Virus record (IMG/VR): IMGVR_UViG_3300044974_000308
Location: 1-59,540 of that record
Strand: one strand, 5' to 3'
Length of the DNA: 59,540 nucleotides
Source of the DNA: a virus
Taxonomy: Duplodnaviria > Caudoviricetes
Position numbers and translations under genes: made by a program. Below are positions 9,016 through 18,095 of this stretch, piece by piece. A model generated the notes under the pieces. It saw only the letters and a program-made list of their open reading frames with translations, was not told the DNA's origin and did not search any database. Position 1 is the stretch's first letter. Each line of letters begins with the position of its first letter.

Positions 9016-9612
9016 CTATTCTTCCGGTATAGCCATCGCCTCGAACGATTTTTTGATAGACGGCTTAACGCGCGCATGGTCTCGCGTCATCGTGCCATCA
9101 GGCGTTCCGGCAATCTGCTGCTCCTTGTGGCGAACCTGATCACGCGCCTTTTTCAGTTCAATAAGCTTGCGCTCCTGAACGATTTCAGTCGGGCATTCCA
9201 TCAGCATGAGACCCTTACGAAGGATCGTCTGTTCCGTCGTATTGTAGGGCATCATCTCAGGATGACGCGACGCCGGCACAGCAGACCAGCCATCGCGCGC
9301 AAGCTGAACCTGATAGGCAGGATCTTCTTGGCCGTAGATCGAATGGCGCTTCCATTCATACGTCCAGCCATCCGGGATGGAGTCGGGATCGACATAGAAG
9401 TCATCCGTCCCATCATCCAGTTCGCCAAGATGCGCACGAAGTTCTTCGGCGCGCTTTTTGGCTCGTGCGCGAGGATCATCGTCCCGCAGGGAAGGCCGCA
9501 GAGGGCGCTCTTCAGCGACTTCCGCGGGCTCTTCAGCAGCAACAGACGCAGCAGCAGAAGCCGCCCGTGAGAACATGCCGGCCTTCGGCCGACCGCGAGT
9601 AGGGGTATTCAT
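9016..9612 (-). CDS. Conserved head-module protein
   Basis: P.GW.YEWKR...G.ED...GW..V...HPE...GL.LM..P; between scaffold and capsid genes. Confidence 0.65.
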   Translation of the reverse strand: MNTPTRGRPKAGMFSRAASAAASVAAEEPAEVAEERPLRPSLRDDDPRARAKKRAEELRAHLGELDDGTDDFYVDPDSIPDGWTYEWKRHSIYGQEDPAYQVQLARDGWSAVPASRHPEMMPYNTTEQTILRKGLMLMECPTEIVQERKLIELKKARDQVRHKEQQIAGTPDGTMTRDHARVKPSIKKSFEAMAIPEE

Positions 9613-9623
9613 CTATATATCTC

Positions 9624-10535
9624 CTAATTTCCGTAGCGCTTTTCTTTAATAAGCAAAGACTTGTTCTTCGCGTATTCTTCAGGCGTCATACCAAGATCCC
9701 GCGCCGTGTCGATCTCAGACCGCGTCAGGCGCATCACATTTGATGGCGTCGACTGTCTGGATACGGGCGCCGCAGGAGGAGGCGAAGACCGGCGAGGCGT
9801 CGGCGCTGCTGCAGATGACATTGGGCTTTCGACTTCCTGCTGTTGCTGGCGATTGATGCCAAGACGACCTTCAATGAAGGCGAAATACTCGTCCGTATCA
9901 GGCGTAATGCCATCCTCGACCGCGTCTTCATGCGCCCGGAACATCTTGCGGACTGCGCGCTCATCTTTGAGGTGATCTTTCGCCTCGCGGATCCACGCCG
10001 CAGACCGCGGCGATACGGATTGAGCAATTTGCTCCACCATATCGACCTGCGGAGGCGGCACAGGATTAACCGGCTGGCGTTCGGCCGTTTCAATCTGCCG
10101 CTTCAGTTCCTTGCGGCCCTTCTTCAGGTCTTTCTTCTGCTCTTCATTGACCGTCATTGCCTGAACAATTTCGGCAACGCGGTCAGAATCGCCAGAAGCA
10201 TGCGCTTCGGCATAAGCACGCTTCAAAGACTCGTCGCGAGACTTGATAATCTCAAGAGCGCTCTCGACAGACTGCAAATCGGCACGCTTGGCGTCAAAGT
10301 TAGACTGATGCGCCTGCTTTTGAGCATCATAAGCGCGTCGTTCCGCCTCCTCGCGCGCTCTTTTCTCAGCATCAAGCTTCCTTTTCAGTTCGCTTATGCC
10401 TTCATCAACAGAAGAGTCTGAAGAATCTTCCTTTTTTGCAGAAGTTTCTTCAACAACTTCAATTTTTGGCTCATCTTTCGATGTTTTTTCTGCTTCTTTG
10501 ATCTCGACATCAACGTGATCGTCGTCATCAGACAT
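9624..10535 (-). CDS. Capsid scaffolding protein (likely start MSDDDDH)
   Basis: Acidic coiled coil; C-terminal LT..E...A..LGMTPEEYAK; RBS AAGGAG before ATG 10535. Confidence 0.75.
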   Translation of the reverse strand: MSDDDDHVDVEIKEAEKTSKDEPKIEVVEETSAKKEDSSDSSVDEGISELKRKLDAEKRAREEAERRAYDAQKQAHQSNFDAKRADLQSVESALEIIKSRDESLKRAYAEAHASGDSDRVAEIVQAMTVNEEQKKDLKKGRKELKRQIETAERQPVNPVPPPQVDMVEQIAQSVSPRSAAWIREAKDHLKDERAVRKMFRAHEDAVEDGITPDTDEYFAFIEGRLGINRQQQQEVESPMSSAAAPTPRRSSPPPAAPVSRQSTPSNVMRLTRSEIDTARDLGMTPEEYAKNKSLLIKEKRYGN

Positions 10536-10555
10536 AGATTTTCTCCTTATTCCAA

Positions 10556-10948
10556 TTACCAAACAACATCAGGCGCAGGAATGCGCATTTTGACTTGCGT
10601 ATCCGACAACATGCGACATAAAACGCCGTTAATCGTGACATTCCATCCATCAGAAGGCCGGAAAACAAGCCAATCATGCAGCTTAAAAGACGAATCGGCG
10701 AACCATTGGCCGCTTTCATCCTGAAAAGCTGACGGCCCCATGCCAATAAGCAGCCCGACCTTACCCTGAAAACGGTCTTCCGCGGTCGTTTGATCCGCCA
10801 GATAGAGACCGCTTTTGGTTTTTGTCGGCCGCACATAGACAGCGCAGAGAATTTGGTTGTTCAGGATCTCAATGTCTGAGAGATCACCGATTTCTTCCAA
10901 AATTTTCTGCTTTGGGTCGGTTTCGTGATCCATAAGCATAGCTACCAT
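10556..10948 (-). CDS. groES: GroES/Cpn10-like co-chaperonin
   Basis: KTKSGLYL mobile loop, G.L..MGP.AF, DW.VF pattern; in head operon. Confidence 0.75.
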   Translation of the reverse strand: MVAMLMDHETDPKQKILEEIGDLSDIEILNNQILCAVYVRPTKTKSGLYLADQTTAEDRFQGKVGLLIGMGPSAFQDESGQWFADSSFKLHDWLVFRPSDGWNVTINGVLCRMLSDTQVKMRIPAPDVVW

Positions 10949-10965
10949 CTTCTCTTACCCTTCCG

Positions 10966-11175
10966 TTAGAGAACACGCTCTTTGTATATCCGCTCTGCTT
11001 CAAGCAGATAGTCTTGCGCCAGACGCAGCCCGGCGACTTTCCCTGCAGAAAATTTATATTCTGCAAAGTTCTCAAGATGACCAAACGAGATTGATTCCAT
11101 CAACCGCTCAATTTCCTCATTCAATAGCTTCTCTAATTCGGCGCGATAGACGTGTAGCGGCGTTATCGAAGACAT
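10966..11175 (-). CDS. Conserved small head-module protein
   Basis: ...F.EYK..AG...GL..A helical motif; upstream of GroES-like gene. Confidence 0.6.
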   Translation of the reverse strand: MSSITPLHVYRAELEKLLNEEIERLMESISFGHLENFAEYKFSAGKVAGLRLAQDYLLEAERIYKERVL

Positions 11176-11262
11176 ATACCAGTCCCTTCCTACTGGCCTT
11201 CCTAATGTAATGGTGCCGACGGGAGCAAGGAAGGGGCGCCCCCGCCGGCGGTCGCAGCAATT

Positions 11263-12444
11263 TTACTTGCTGCGAGCCTTTTTCGCTTTCGCGATATCCA
11301 TTTTCTGGAGACGACCTTCGCCGCTTTCAGCGCCAGCCATCATGTCCTTATAGGACTTGGCGACTTTGCTGATGCGACCGCCGCTCTTGCGCGCAGGCGC
11401 GTCAGTATGACGCGATTCGATGTCAGTCTTCTGCAGACGACCTTCACCGCTCGCGGCGCCGGCTTCCATGTCCTTATAGGACTTGGCGACCTTCGTGATG
11501 CGACCGCCAGCCTTACGGCCAATCGGCCCAGCGCCCATGCCCGGAATCGGCGGCATAGGCCCCGGCCCCATCGGAGCGCCAGCAGCCGGCGGAACCGGCG
11601 GCATCGGCGGGACAGGCGGAATCGGAGGAACAGCGCCAACGCCGCCCATAGCCGGAGCCTGCTTGCCGGTCTCAATCTTTACGACAATCGACGGCTTGCT
11701 CTTGGCGCGACCGCCGGCCTTGCGCGCAGTGCGGCCGCCCTTCTTGCGACCCTGCACGCGGCTCGTCGACTCAAAGATCTCTTCCGTCTCCGGCAGACCA
11801 GAGCCACTGCGTCCCTTGACGATCTCTTCCATCGACGATTTGTCTTCGGGAGAATAGGACGACGTGCGACCCTTGCCGACGTCTCTCAAGCCCTCTTCCA
11901 GCTTTTGCGCCGGCGACTTGTAGCCAACCAGCTTGTCCAGCTTGCCGACGACGCCATCGGCGCCACCGACCTGTTTCTTGGTGCGGCCGCCCTTCTTGTA
12001 GTTCTCAGCTTTGCCGCGAACCGGCTTCACCTGAACGTCGCCAACGGCTTTCTTATCCAGAATGCCAGCGTCCTTGAAAGCAGCGCCGCCCTTCTTGAAG
12101 GCGCCAACATGCTTCTTGCCGTCACGCTCTTCGTTCGCAGCGCGCACGTCCTTATTAGCGATGCCGTTGCTAATTTCTTTTTCCATAGCGCGGCCGCCGG
12201 TGGCGCGGCGCTTACGGTCGGCGCGAGCCGCCGATTTGCCAGCAGCGACCTTGCCGCCCTTGTTATAGAGGCGAGCGCCTTTGCCAACAGGGCGAGCGCC
12301 GGTCTTTACATCAGCGTTCAGCGGCTCTGCCGGCGACCACGTCGCGGAAGTCGTATCCTGATCCTTATCTAAGGTGCCCGGATTGGCGAGACGACGGGCT
12401 TTCGCCTTGCGCTCGTCACGGGCTTTTTTAGCCAATTCATACAT
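11263..12444 (-). CDS. Basic, repetitive GG-motif polyprotein (putative internal head protein precursor)
   Basis: Nine xxxGG motifs; duplicated RKxGGRIxKVAKSYKDMxAGAxSGEGRLQK unit; K/R-rich. Confidence 0.7.
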   Translation of the reverse strand: MYELAKKARDERKAKARRLANPGTLDKDQDTTSATWSPAEPLNADVKTGARPVGKGARLYNKGGKVAAGKSAARADRKRRATGGRAMEKEISNGIANKDVRAANEERDGKKHVGAFKKGGAAFKDAGILDKKAVGDVQVKPVRGKAENYKKGGRTKKQVGGADGVVGKLDKLVGYKSPAQKLEEGLRDVGKGRTSSYSPEDKSSMEEIVKGRSGSGLPETEEIFESTSRVQGRKKGGRTARKAGGRAKSKPSIVVKIETGKQAPAMGGVGAVPPIPPVPPMPPVPPAAGAPMGPGPMPPIPGMGAGPIGRKAGGRITKVAKSYKDMEAGAASGEGRLQKTDIESRHTDAPARKSGGRISKVAKSYKDMMAGAESGEGRLQKMDIAKAKKARSK

Positions 12445-12489
12445 TCTTTCTCTCCAGCTGGGGAAAGCAGGCGTCCCTGCACTCGCGGG

Positions 12490-15400
12490 TCATCGCGAAT
12501 ATTTTGATACTACACCAAGCGCGTCTTTAATGACAGAGCCGCCATCGGCATATGCCTTTGGTTCTTCACCGCCAGCGGCCAAGGATTCTTCCATCATTTC
12601 CTTCGGGACATTGATGGAGACCGGGACGCCTCTCACGCCAGACGGCAATGCGCGACGACCAAGCCAAGTGCTCGCCGAATAGAAATCAGTCGGCCATTTC
12701 TTTGATCCATACTTTTCGTAATTGTTAAAGTCATAGACGTCGTTCACAACAGCGTTGCCGGCTTTGTCCAACTTGTAATTGGCGCGGCCAATGACGACCG
12801 GGAACGGGCCGCCTTTGTAGTCTTCATATTGAAGATTGTTTCTTCCTTCAGCCTGACTTTGCACAATAGCGCGGGCCAAGCTTTGCAGATCTTCTTTGCT
12901 AAAGTCTTTTTCTGTGAACGGCTCTTGGCGTCGGTCAAGCACGGCTTCTTTGTAGATCCTTGCCGGCGTGCCTTCATCAAAATAAGACGCAGCGCGAGCG
13001 GCTTTATCAAGCGCCCATGTGACAGCCTTTTCCATATTAGGGCTGTCCATCTTTGGATTTACGCTCGAATATTCCTTGCCGCCGACCGTAAAGGACGGGA
13101 AGACATCGCCCTCATCGCTTACCTTCCCGCCCTGCTCGAATGCCGGCAATCCCTTGAGGATAGCCGCGCGCAGCTTTGGCGTCATCTCAAGAGAATGAAG
13201 ATGGTGAATTCGATCCTCTCCATCGTCAGTTTCTGTCCCAAGATTAATCATGTGATCAAACAACTTCATTTTTATTGATGGGTCTAATTGCGCGACAAGT
13301 TTATTCATGCGCTCTGGCAGCTTCCTATCGTAATAATTGCGCATGCCTTTATTCTCTATTTTTAGATCGCCGCCACGCAATAAATGAACCTGCTTATTCC
13401 CCACGGTTTTTATCGGCTGAGAAAGCAATTTATCCGCAAGATCCTTGCCTATAAAACCGGGCAGAGCCTCTGCATGAACCTTTTCTTCAATATCTTCCAG
13501 CCCCTCAAGACCTTCAGCTAAAAGTTCTTTTGTATCTGGAGACCAGCGAATTGATTCAAATTTTTTATCCAACCCGTAACGATCTGACTGATCTTTCCCG
13601 GCCGTAAAAAGGATTTTTTTATAATCGCCTTTCGCCGCCTCTTGAAGAATGCGTTTCAACGCAAGATCAGTCCATCCTTCTGTGCTTCCGATATGCGGGC
13701 CTTCAGGGACTTCTTCTCCATCACGCTTGTTTTGGCCCCAATCGCTCTGAACTTCTTCGACATGAAGATACGGCTTTTGGAAAGCGAACCCTCTGTCAGA
13801 CATGCGAATATGGGCGAGGACATTTGGCGTTCCCTCCCAATGGCTTGACTGATAATTATTGGCGCGAAAATCAGATTTTACTTTTTTTAGCTGTTCTTCG
13901 GCATCATTTTTTTCTCGCCTGATATCTGAAACACGGCGATATGCCGCCAACGTATCTGGATGACCCGGCTCATTTTCCTCACTAATTCTCTTCCAATCAG
14001 CCATTGCATCTGCGCTTTGGCGAGAAAGCGTATTAAACCGTTCTTTAATCTTATCAAGATCATCAGAACTCTTACTTGGCAAATGCAAAAGCAATTCGCG
14101 ATAATTACCTACTGTGAAATCATCGCGAGGATCACTTAATTGATACTCTCCATACTTTGCATCATTAGAGCCTTTTGAACGGTATTGCGCCATATAAGGG
14201 CGAGCCTGCGCATTTAGAGCGTCAGACTCCTCAAGTTTGCCCTGCATTTTTAGCGCATAGGCTTTGTCCATAAGTTCTTTGCCAACAGCATACGGATCTC
14301 TGAGAACTTTCTCCTGAACCTGTGGCAGGTTCGTCTGTAGGTGCCGCGCAACTTCCTGCGGATCCACGCTCTTCTGCCCAGCAAAAGCGTCTCTAACGCC
14401 TGACCAATCAAGTTCCTCCGCTTTGACATTCGGAGATCCTCTCAGCTTGTTCAGGATCTGATCAATCGGCGCCTTCTGAGGTATTTTAGCTGCCGCCTCA
14501 GAAGCGGCGCTGTAAAAACCCATTGGCGTCGTTTCGCGGTCGTCGTCGACGGCGCCGCCTTCAGCATAGCCCATGCCGCCGAAGCCGCCGCCGAAGCCGC
14601 CAAGACCGCCAAAGAACGACCCAAGGCCCATGCCGAACATCGGCCCCCAGACGTCATAGAAGCCGCCGGTCGGATAGTTCGAAGGCTGGCCCATCGGCAT
14701 TGGCTGCTGCGGCGAAGGCGATGGATAGCCGCCGCCAAAGCCTTGCACATAATTCGGCAAGCGCGGGATAGACCCTTGCTGTGCAGCCGGCAGAACCGGC
14801 GGCCGCAGAAGACCAGTCGGCGTCTGCTGGGCTCGGGGATAGGGAGAGGCGTCTGGATAGCCCGGCACGCTTATCTCATCAGGCTGGCCCTGAACATTTA
14901 TTTCATTCTGGCCCTGCGGAACGTTGCTGGTCGTAAAGCGCGACCGCGAGCCTTTGAAGCCCGGCGTGAAGCCCTTGAAGTTTCCGCCCATGCCACCGCC
15001 GTAATACTTGCCGGGGCGATGATCGATTACCGGAACCGACGAGACGCCAAGTTCTTCAGCAGCCGTTGCACGATGACGACCATCTTCTGTTCCATTACGA
15101 TAAAGTTTAAGCGGGCCAAGAGGATCGCCAGATACAATATCACGTTTGAAATTATCAATAACCTGACGATCACCTTTTCCGATCTTGAGAGGCCGCGCTT
15201 CGTCAAGAAACTTCTCCGGCTTCATTTTCTTAATCTTGGCGGCTTTCGCGTCTTCTGTCATCGCAAGCGGATAATCGACGCGGCCGCCTTCCTTGCGCAT
15301 ATGGATGTTTGGATACTTCCACTGCCCGGCAAAGCTAGGCGTATTGCTGCGCGACACAATCGGCGCGGCGGCGAACGCCCATTCAATCAGACGGCGCCCG

Positions 15401-16431
15401 AATTGCTCAGGCTCTTCCTTGTCAAGCGCTGGGCCGGGGATTGAGCCGCCGTAAGCGCGCTGCATGCGGCCCTCAACCTCATGCGGAGCATGCATGAAAA
15501 AAGCTTTGATTCCGACTTCATTTTTGACGTCACCGCCATCAGCATATCGCCGCACTGTCTTTATGTGCTTAGGATCGAACACGACATAATTATGCGTCCC
15601 GTATTTATTCCCGCGAGTTCCTGAATCATTATATTTTATTCCGCGAATACCTGCAGACGCTAAAACATTACTTGCTTTTGCTTGAGCCTCACCTTTAGGA
15701 ACACCGCGCTTGAACATATCAGCTGAAAATTCGCTTTCTGAGAGACGCCGATAAAATTTATCCGCCATCATCCTTGATGCTTTTTCAGTCCACCCTAATG
15801 GCCTAAATAACCCAACGGCAGACGGCCCAAAATTGTTTTCAAAGTTCACAAGCCCGGCTTTGTGAAGGGCGTCGATAACTTCTGGATGCTGATCCTCAAG
15901 CGGCGCATCCCAATCCAATAAATGTTCTGCCCCGGCATTTATGCGAACTTCATACATATGGCCCGGGTTTTTTTGTATAACCCCGCCTTCTGGGAACAAA
16001 AGTTTTTTCAAGTCTTCGGCAACGCCGTCATATCTTGGATCTTTTGGGCTATAAGAATCCAATAACTTCTTTGCCGTCTCGATCCCTTCTTTCAAGCCGC
16101 CAGATTGGATTGCTTTTGAAATATTTACATTGCTAATATCGCGATATGGATCAAATGATTTTCCATCTATGGCATATGTTCCTTGAGATAAATTATCACG
16201 ATACTGTTTTGCCACATCTTCATTTTCAGCAAAATACAACCCGTGGCCGAACGCCTGCGCGCCTTCTCCTGTGCCGATAAATGCAGGATCAAATTCATCA
16301 AACTTATGAGGTGAGCCGTGATAGGCAGTCACGCCCATCGCCGGCCGGATATCTTCGTGCGTTTCAACGCCAGTTGCCGGCTCGACGCCCGTCGCGGGCA
16401 CTATGTCGTCATGCGTATCGACGGGCATCAT
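12490..16431 (-). CDS. Large polyvalent virion protein (ART-like + ParB-like + two uncharacterised domains)
   Basis: AYHGSPH.FD.F...GTGEG.Q.FG.GLYFAE...NYVVFD (ART-like); DGRHR..AA..LG...VPV (ParB/Srx-like); FYS...VEEVQSDW domain; separated by xxxGG motifs. Confidence 0.75.
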   Translation of the reverse strand: MMPVDTHDDIVPATGVEPATGVETHEDIRPAMGVTAYHGSPHKFDEFDPAFIGTGEGAQAFGHGLYFAENEDVAKQYRDNLSQGTYAIDGKSFDPYRDISNVNISKAIQSGGLKEGIETAKKLLDSYSPKDPRYDGVAEDLKKLLFPEGGVIQKNPGHMYEVRINAGAEHLLDWDAPLEDQHPEVIDALHKAGLVNFENNFGPSAVGLFRPLGWTEKASRMMADKFYRRLSESEFSADMFKRGVPKGEAQAKASNVLASAGIRGIKYNDSGTRGNKYGTHNYVVFDPKHIKTVRRYADGGDVKNEVGIKAFFMHAPHEVEGRMQRAYGGSIPGPALDKEEPEQFGRRLIEWAFAAAPIVSRSNTPSFAGQWKYPNIHMRKEGGRVDYPLAMTEDAKAAKIKKMKPEKFLDEARPLKIGKGDRQVIDNFKRDIVSGDPLGPLKLYRNGTEDGRHRATAAEELGVSSVPVIDHRPGKYYGGGMGGNFKGFTPGFKGSRSRFTTSNVPQGQNEINVQGQPDEISVPGYPDASPYPRAQQTPTGLLRPPVLPAAQQGSIPRLPNYVQGFGGGYPSPSPQQPMPMGQPSNYPTGGFYDVWGPMFGMGLGSFFGGLGGFGGGFGGMGYAEGGAVDDDRETTPMGFYSAASEAAAKIPQKAPIDQILNKLRGSPNVKAEELDWSGVRDAFAGQKSVDPQEVARHLQTNLPQVQEKVLRDPYAVGKELMDKAYALKMQGKLEESDALNAQARPYMAQYRSKGSNDAKYGEYQLSDPRDDFTVGNYRELLLHLPSKSSDDLDKIKERFNTLSRQSADAMADWKRISEENEPGHPDTLAAYRRVSDIRREKNDAEEQLKKVKSDFRANNYQSSHWEGTPNVLAHIRMSDRGFAFQKPYLHVEEVQSDWGQNKRDGEEVPEGPHIGSTEGWTDLALKRILQEAAKGDYKKILFTAGKDQSDRYGLDKKFESIRWSPDTKELLAEGLEGLEDIEEKVHAEALPGFIGKDLADKLLSQPIKTVGNKQVHLLRGGDLKIENKGMRNYYDRKLPERMNKLVAQLDPSIKMKLFDHMINLGTETDDGEDRIHHLHSLEMTPKLRAAILKGLPAFEQGGKVSDEGDVFPSFTVGGKEYSSVNPKMDSPNMEKAVTWALDKAARAASYFDEGTPARIYKEAVLDRRQEPFTEKDFSKEDLQSLARAIVQSQAEGRNNLQYEDYKGGPFPVVIGRANYKLDKAGNAVVNDVYDFNNYEKYGSKKWPTDFYSASTWLGRRALPSGVRGVPVSINVPKEMMEESLAAGGEEPKAYADGGSVIKDALGVVSKYSR

Positions 16432-16438
16432 AAACCTC

Positions 16439-16642
16439 TTACTTGAAATGGTCGGACAGCTTTACCTTTTCAGGCTCTTGCTCATGATCAACAGAGCCGC
16501 CAGTGGCGAACGCAGGCTCGCCCGGCAGTTCATCCCATTCATACCATTCTTTGCGCGTATAATTCGACGAGTCGTGATGCTTGTCGAGATTTGGGAACTG
16601 CGCATGAAAGTAGGGCGCATCTAATTTGCGAGTATCAGCCAT
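16439..16642 (-). CDS. Small protein with FATGGSV motif
   Basis: Packed ORF between GP88-like and polyvalent genes. Confidence 0.55.
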   Translation of the reverse strand: MADTRKLDAPYFHAQFPNLDKHHDSSNYTRKEWYEWDELPGEPAFATGGSVDHEQEPEKVKLSDHFK

Positions 16643-16643
16643 A

Positions 16644-18095
16644 TCATTTCCCCTTCTTGCCTTGTGGCTTGATATTTACGCGGAAGTTAGTCGGGATTTG
16701 ATTCCCTTCTTCGTCGCGCTCAAAAGTGCCTTTTTCAGTCTTTTTGAATTGCGGGTCATACTTCACAAAAAAGCCCTTAGACTCTTTATGCGCCGTGTCG
16801 TTCTTGCTTGAGACGTTCTTGTTCTTCAAGCCGACAATAACGCCTTCGTCGGGATTTTCGATGCTGTCCAACGGGCGGAAGTCATGTGTGTCGCCGGGGA
16901 TGACGCGATAGGTCTTACCTGTCTCTTCATCATGAACCTCTTTTGGAACGACGCTTTTGTGGCTAAACGCCATAGCGACGTTGTTGCCTTGATCAAGGCG
17001 CCGGCGCATTTCTTCCCAATTGCTATGCGGGTTATCAACGTCTTCCTGCGACACGCCAGTCGATGAATAAGTGTAATGATGATTTGGCGCGACTGGATCA
17101 TATTTCATCTTCGTATAGTCGTAGAAATCCACTTCAGGATGATTCTTGATGATCGGCTCAAGGATCTGCGGGCTGAGATCCGACAGGACGTTTAGGCGGA
17201 TACCAAGCTTATTGCCATTGTATTCGGCTTCGCGTTTGGCGCTCTGGATCTCGTCAAACAAGCGCACAGCAAAAGCTTCCGGCTCCTGCAGCATCGCAAT
17301 CGTTTTGTTCAGAGAGTTAAGCCTCGGGCCTTTAAAGGCGTCGAGATCTTTGCCGCCGCCAATCTTAAAGTAATTGCCAGACGTCTTACCAAGGCACTCG
17401 TCCTTGCAAGATGCATGATTTGGGCAGGTCTGAAAGTTGCCCATCTTGAACGCTGGCGCCAATGCAAGGCCAGTCGTTTCAACGCCCATGCCATCGACTT
17501 CAAGCGGTTTGCCGCCCTTGTAGCCGGATTCAGCCTTCATCATCTTCTCGTTCTTGCCAAGAAGAGGAACGGGGCCATCTTTGCGCACGCCAATATATGG
17601 CGCCAACTTTTGGATAGCAGCCTTCGTATTGGCTACACGTTCCTTATAAGGAAGATTAACGTGTTCATCGATTGCCTTATTAAAAGCATCGACTAGCGTC
17701 TGAACGCGCGGCATCTTTGCTTCTTCCTCAGACTTATCAGCCCAAGGAGCGCCTTCCGGCACGTTATACATTGATCCAAGCGTGCGCTTCGGTTGCAGAC
17801 CAACGCTACCCTCTGCGCCCGGCGCAGGGATGCGCGGCGTCGGCGCCGGGATAGGCGCATCGCCTTGCACTTCGCTTGCTGTCGATAGTGCTTGGCTTAC
17901 AGGATCCGGATCTCCGCCATCAGCCATCACTTGCCGACCGACATGCGGCATATAGTGCGTCGGATAATCGTCTTCCAAAAGACGGCCGCCCTTCGCCATG
18001 CCGGGCTTCACTTCCAGCGTCGGCGGAAGTTCGGAGGTCTGCGTCTTGAGATGATCGCCAATGATGTCGAGAGCGCGGTCAATGATCCTAGACAT
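16644..18095 (-). CDS. GP88-domain protein with N-terminal GG-motif extension
   Basis: CP..SC...CL, RLNVLSD, FYDYTK, TYS, NVA.AF, GD.HD.R.LD, VGLK.K motifs; MAKGG and MADGG in the N-terminus. Confidence 0.75.
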   Translation of the reverse strand: MSRIIDRALDIIGDHLKTQTSELPPTLEVKPGMAKGGRLLEDDYPTHYMPHVGRQVMADGGDPDPVSQALSTASEVQGDAPIPAPTPRIPAPGAEGSVGLQPKRTLGSMYNVPEGAPWADKSEEEAKMPRVQTLVDAFNKAIDEHVNLPYKERVANTKAAIQKLAPYIGVRKDGPVPLLGKNEKMMKAESGYKGGKPLEVDGMGVETTGLALAPAFKMGNFQTCPNHASCKDECLGKTSGNYFKIGGGKDLDAFKGPRLNSLNKTIAMLQEPEAFAVRLFDEIQSAKREAEYNGNKLGIRLNVLSDLSPQILEPIIKNHPEVDFYDYTKMKYDPVAPNHHYTYSSTGVSQEDVDNPHSNWEEMRRRLDQGNNVAMAFSHKSVVPKEVHDEETGKTYRVIPGDTHDFRPLDSIENPDEGVIVGLKNKNVSSKNDTAHKESKGFFVKYDPQFKKTEKGTFERDEEGNQIPTNFRVNIKPQGKKGK

